35,992 nucleotides of DNA from an uncultured Oscillospiraceae bacterium. GTDB lineage: Bacteria > Bacillota > Clostridia > Oscillospirales > Acutalibacteraceae. This document shows positions 34,248-35,992 of the stretch, piece by piece. The position numbers and the translations under genes are program-made. The notes under the pieces were generated by a model. The model saw only the letters and a list, made by a program, of their open reading frames with translations, was not told the DNA's origin and ran no database searches. The stretch covers positions 1-35,992 of the forward strand of contig CABMOR010000001.1 of NCBI GenBank assembly GCA_902388225.1, in the 5' to 3' direction. Position 1 is the first letter of the stretch; every line of letters begins with the position of its first letter.

Positions 34248-35825
34248 TTATCTCTGTTCTGAAAAAATATCGTCAAAATTCCATTCGATTTCAATTTCAT
34301 CCTGACTATGAACACGGATCACCTTGATAACCTCACGCAGCTTCTCTGTATCGAACTTCTGAATTCCCAAGAAATCTTTTAGTTTTATTTTATCAGAAAG
34401 TTCATTTTGTTCAAGAAGCTTTTTACTATTCTTCGCATCTTCTATCTTTCGTTTTATTTCATCCAGCTGTACACTTATCTTTTCAGCTCTCTGCTTATAC
34501 GAATCACGATCTATACGACCATCTTTGTAATCATCATAGAGTTTCATCTTTTCCGAGGTCAACTGTCGGCTCTGTTTTTGCAATTCTGTAGTATTGATCT
34601 CTTTGTATTCACATTGTCTTTTGGAAGATACTTTCTTTCCTTTTTTCAACATTGACGCTGCATACTGACGGACAAGCCCAAGGATATTCTCCTCCATCGG
34701 TTCCCTACGAATCACCAGACTTCGGCACACAGGATCACCATTGGTTCTGGCATCTGAACATTTCAGCAGATGCTCTGTTTCTTTTAACAGAGAATGCCCA
34801 CAGTTGGCACATATCAGCAAGGCCGGCTGTTTTTTACGTCTTTCCAGAGTAAAATTGGTGCGTGATTCTGCAACACTTCTCTTCTTTTTCGGATGCATTT
34901 CATTTGCTTTTTCAAACAATTCCCTGTCTATAATTGCCGTATGATGATTTTCCAGGCGAACCCATTCTGTTTCATCATTCAGAACTGCTTTATGGCCCGT
35001 ATGCATACTGCAACGTGTTTTGCCCCAGATTCTGGTTCCAATATAAATCTCATCCCGGACGATTGCCGATACTGTCGTAGGGCTCCAGTGTTTCTTTTTG
35101 ATCGTGTCAAACCTCTGGAACTGCACCTGATCCCCTCTTGATAATTTCTGCTCATCACAAGTAGCAATCGCCTGTCTGTTCAATTCCCTTGTAATATCTG
35201 CAAAACTTGTTCCCTCCGCTGCCATCTGAAAAATCATTTTCACGACTTTTGCAGCCTCCGGATCAACTTCCAGCCTTCCATCTTTTCCTTTTTTATAGCC
35301 ATATCTGGCATTTACCGGAAGACGTGTACCATTTTTTGTTCTCGTCTGCATTGCTGATGAAATTTTCTTGGACAAATCCAGGCTATACATATTGTATACC
35401 AGATTCTGCAATGCCACATTCATTCCACCAGTCATTCCGCTGCTTGCTGCACTGTCATAGCTGTCATTAATCGAAATAAATCGAATCTGCAGAAGTGGAA
35501 AAATATATTCAATATAAAATCCAACTTCCAGATAGTCTCTTCCGAATCTGGAAAAGTCTTTTACAACTACACAGCCGATTTCTCCACTTTTCATGTCATC
35601 CTGCAGCTGTTGAAATCCCTGCCGTTTAAAATGAGTACCGCTGACACCATCATCCACATATTCCAGGATATCTGCCTCATCTACACCCAGCTGATCAATC
35701 ACAAATGATTTTAACAGAATTCTCTGAGAAGTTACACTGTCGCTCTCTTTTTTAGCTCTGCCATCTACATTGTCATCTTCTGCAGATAAACGGATGTAAA
35801 CAGCTGTTTTTCTATGATCTGTCAT
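34248..35825 (-). CDS. Large serine recombinase (525 aa)
   Basis: N-terminal resolvase catalytic domain (AVYIRLSAEDD...SVTSQR...VVVKDFSRFGRD). Recombinase domain, zinc-ribbon (CANCGH...C...C), long coiled coil, and a C-terminal IKVIRVHSQDEIEIEW tail. GGAGG RBS. Confidence 0.9.
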   Translation of the reverse strand: MTDHRKTAVYIRLSAEDDNVDGRAKKESDSVTSQRILLKSFVIDQLGVDEADILEYVDDGVSGTHFKRQGFQQLQDDMKSGEIGCVVVKDFSRFGRDYLEVGFYIEYIFPLLQIRFISINDSYDSAASSGMTGGMNVALQNLVYNMYSLDLSKKISSAMQTRTKNGTRLPVNARYGYKKGKDGRLEVDPEAAKVVKMIFQMAAEGTSFADITRELNRQAIATCDEQKLSRGDQVQFQRFDTIKKKHWSPTTVSAIVRDEIYIGTRIWGKTRCSMHTGHKAVLNDETEWVRLENHHTAIIDRELFEKANEMHPKKKRSVAESRTNFTLERRKKQPALLICANCGHSLLKETEHLLKCSDARTNGDPVCRSLVIRREPMEENILGLVRQYAASMLKKGKKVSSKRQCEYKEINTTELQKQSRQLTSEKMKLYDDYKDGRIDRDSYKQRAEKISVQLDEIKRKIEDAKNSKKLLEQNELSDKIKLKDFLGIQKFDTEKLREVIKVIRVHSQDEIEIEWNFDDIFSEQR

Positions 35826-35992
35826 CTTGACTGCGCCTCCTTCTCTTTCTTTAATTTCTGTAAATCTGCAAACTGATCGTCATATACCAGCTTGATCTCA
35901 TAATCATACTTACCATGGATAATAATTGAATCCACAAAGGCATCTGCCATTTCTTTTGTCAGCTTACGCTTTGACATATAAGTATGTATCAC
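35822..35992 (-). CDS. 3' end of a second recombinase-like gene (partial; 5' end outside the window)
   Basis: Open frame ...KLTKEMADAFVDSIIIHGKYDYEIKLVYDDQFADLQKLKKEKEAQSR*. This C-terminal pattern resembles large serine recombinase tails. Its TGA overlaps the downstream ATG (ATGA). Confidence 0.55.
   Translation of the reverse strand: MIHTYMSKRKLTKEMADAFVDSIIIHGKYDYEIKLVYDDQFADLQKLKKEKEAQSR

Larger units (their letters stand above)
34136..35992. mobile_element. End of a low-GC integrative element carrying tandem large serine recombinase genes (continues beyond the window)
   Basis: The integrase homology is lost abruptly at 34135/34136. Base composition shifts from about 50-55% GC to about 35-40% by eye. 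Two recombinase genes follow. A8/T4/T7 runs sit at the junction. Confidence 0.55.

Noticed and set aside
1-35992. CRISPR arrays, rRNA genes, IS-type terminal inverted repeats
   Set aside because: My read-through found no regularly spaced direct repeats of 25-40 bp, no rRNA-like sequence and no transposase ORF. The only repeats found are those reported above.

Overview
Clostridia-like chromosomal segment, about 50% GC. A dockerin module hints at a cellulosome-type Ruminococcus/Oscillospiraceae relative (inference). (1) 185-12013, minus strand: a tightly packed seven-gene surface/transport operon. It has two CUT1-type ABC permease pairs, one roughly 1000-aa solute-binding protein with two CBM6/35-like modules, an NHL-propeller/Yip1 membrane protein and an 878-aa lipoprotein of unknown function. 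No ATPase, regulator or recognisable glycoside hydrolase is present; this is the best candidate here for an uncharacterised system. (2) zapA, a monocistronic acpP, and a nine-gene V/A-type ATPase operon (G-like, C, I, K, F, E, A, B, D). The operon carries three independent lesions: an A-run frameshift in C, an exact 20-bp tandem duplication in I, and an 8-residue in-frame loss in B. (3) A secreted CBM-like/dockerin/metallophosphoesterase gene (frameshifted), an NSS-family transporter, pstSCAB-phoU, and alaS, which lacks about 30 residues of its C-terminal domain. (4) tRNA-Pro(UGG) preceded 190 bp upstream by an exact copy of its own 5' half. Downstream lies an island with a low-GC alpha/beta hydrolase and a 5'-truncated tyrosine recombinase gene carrying an 11-bp tandem duplication. 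The island is cut by a low-GC element with two tandem, translationally coupled large serine recombinase genes that runs off the window. No CRISPR array or rRNA was seen. The density of small frame-breaking or in-frame lesions (at least 8 in 36 kb) is itself notable and could reflect either biology or assembly error.
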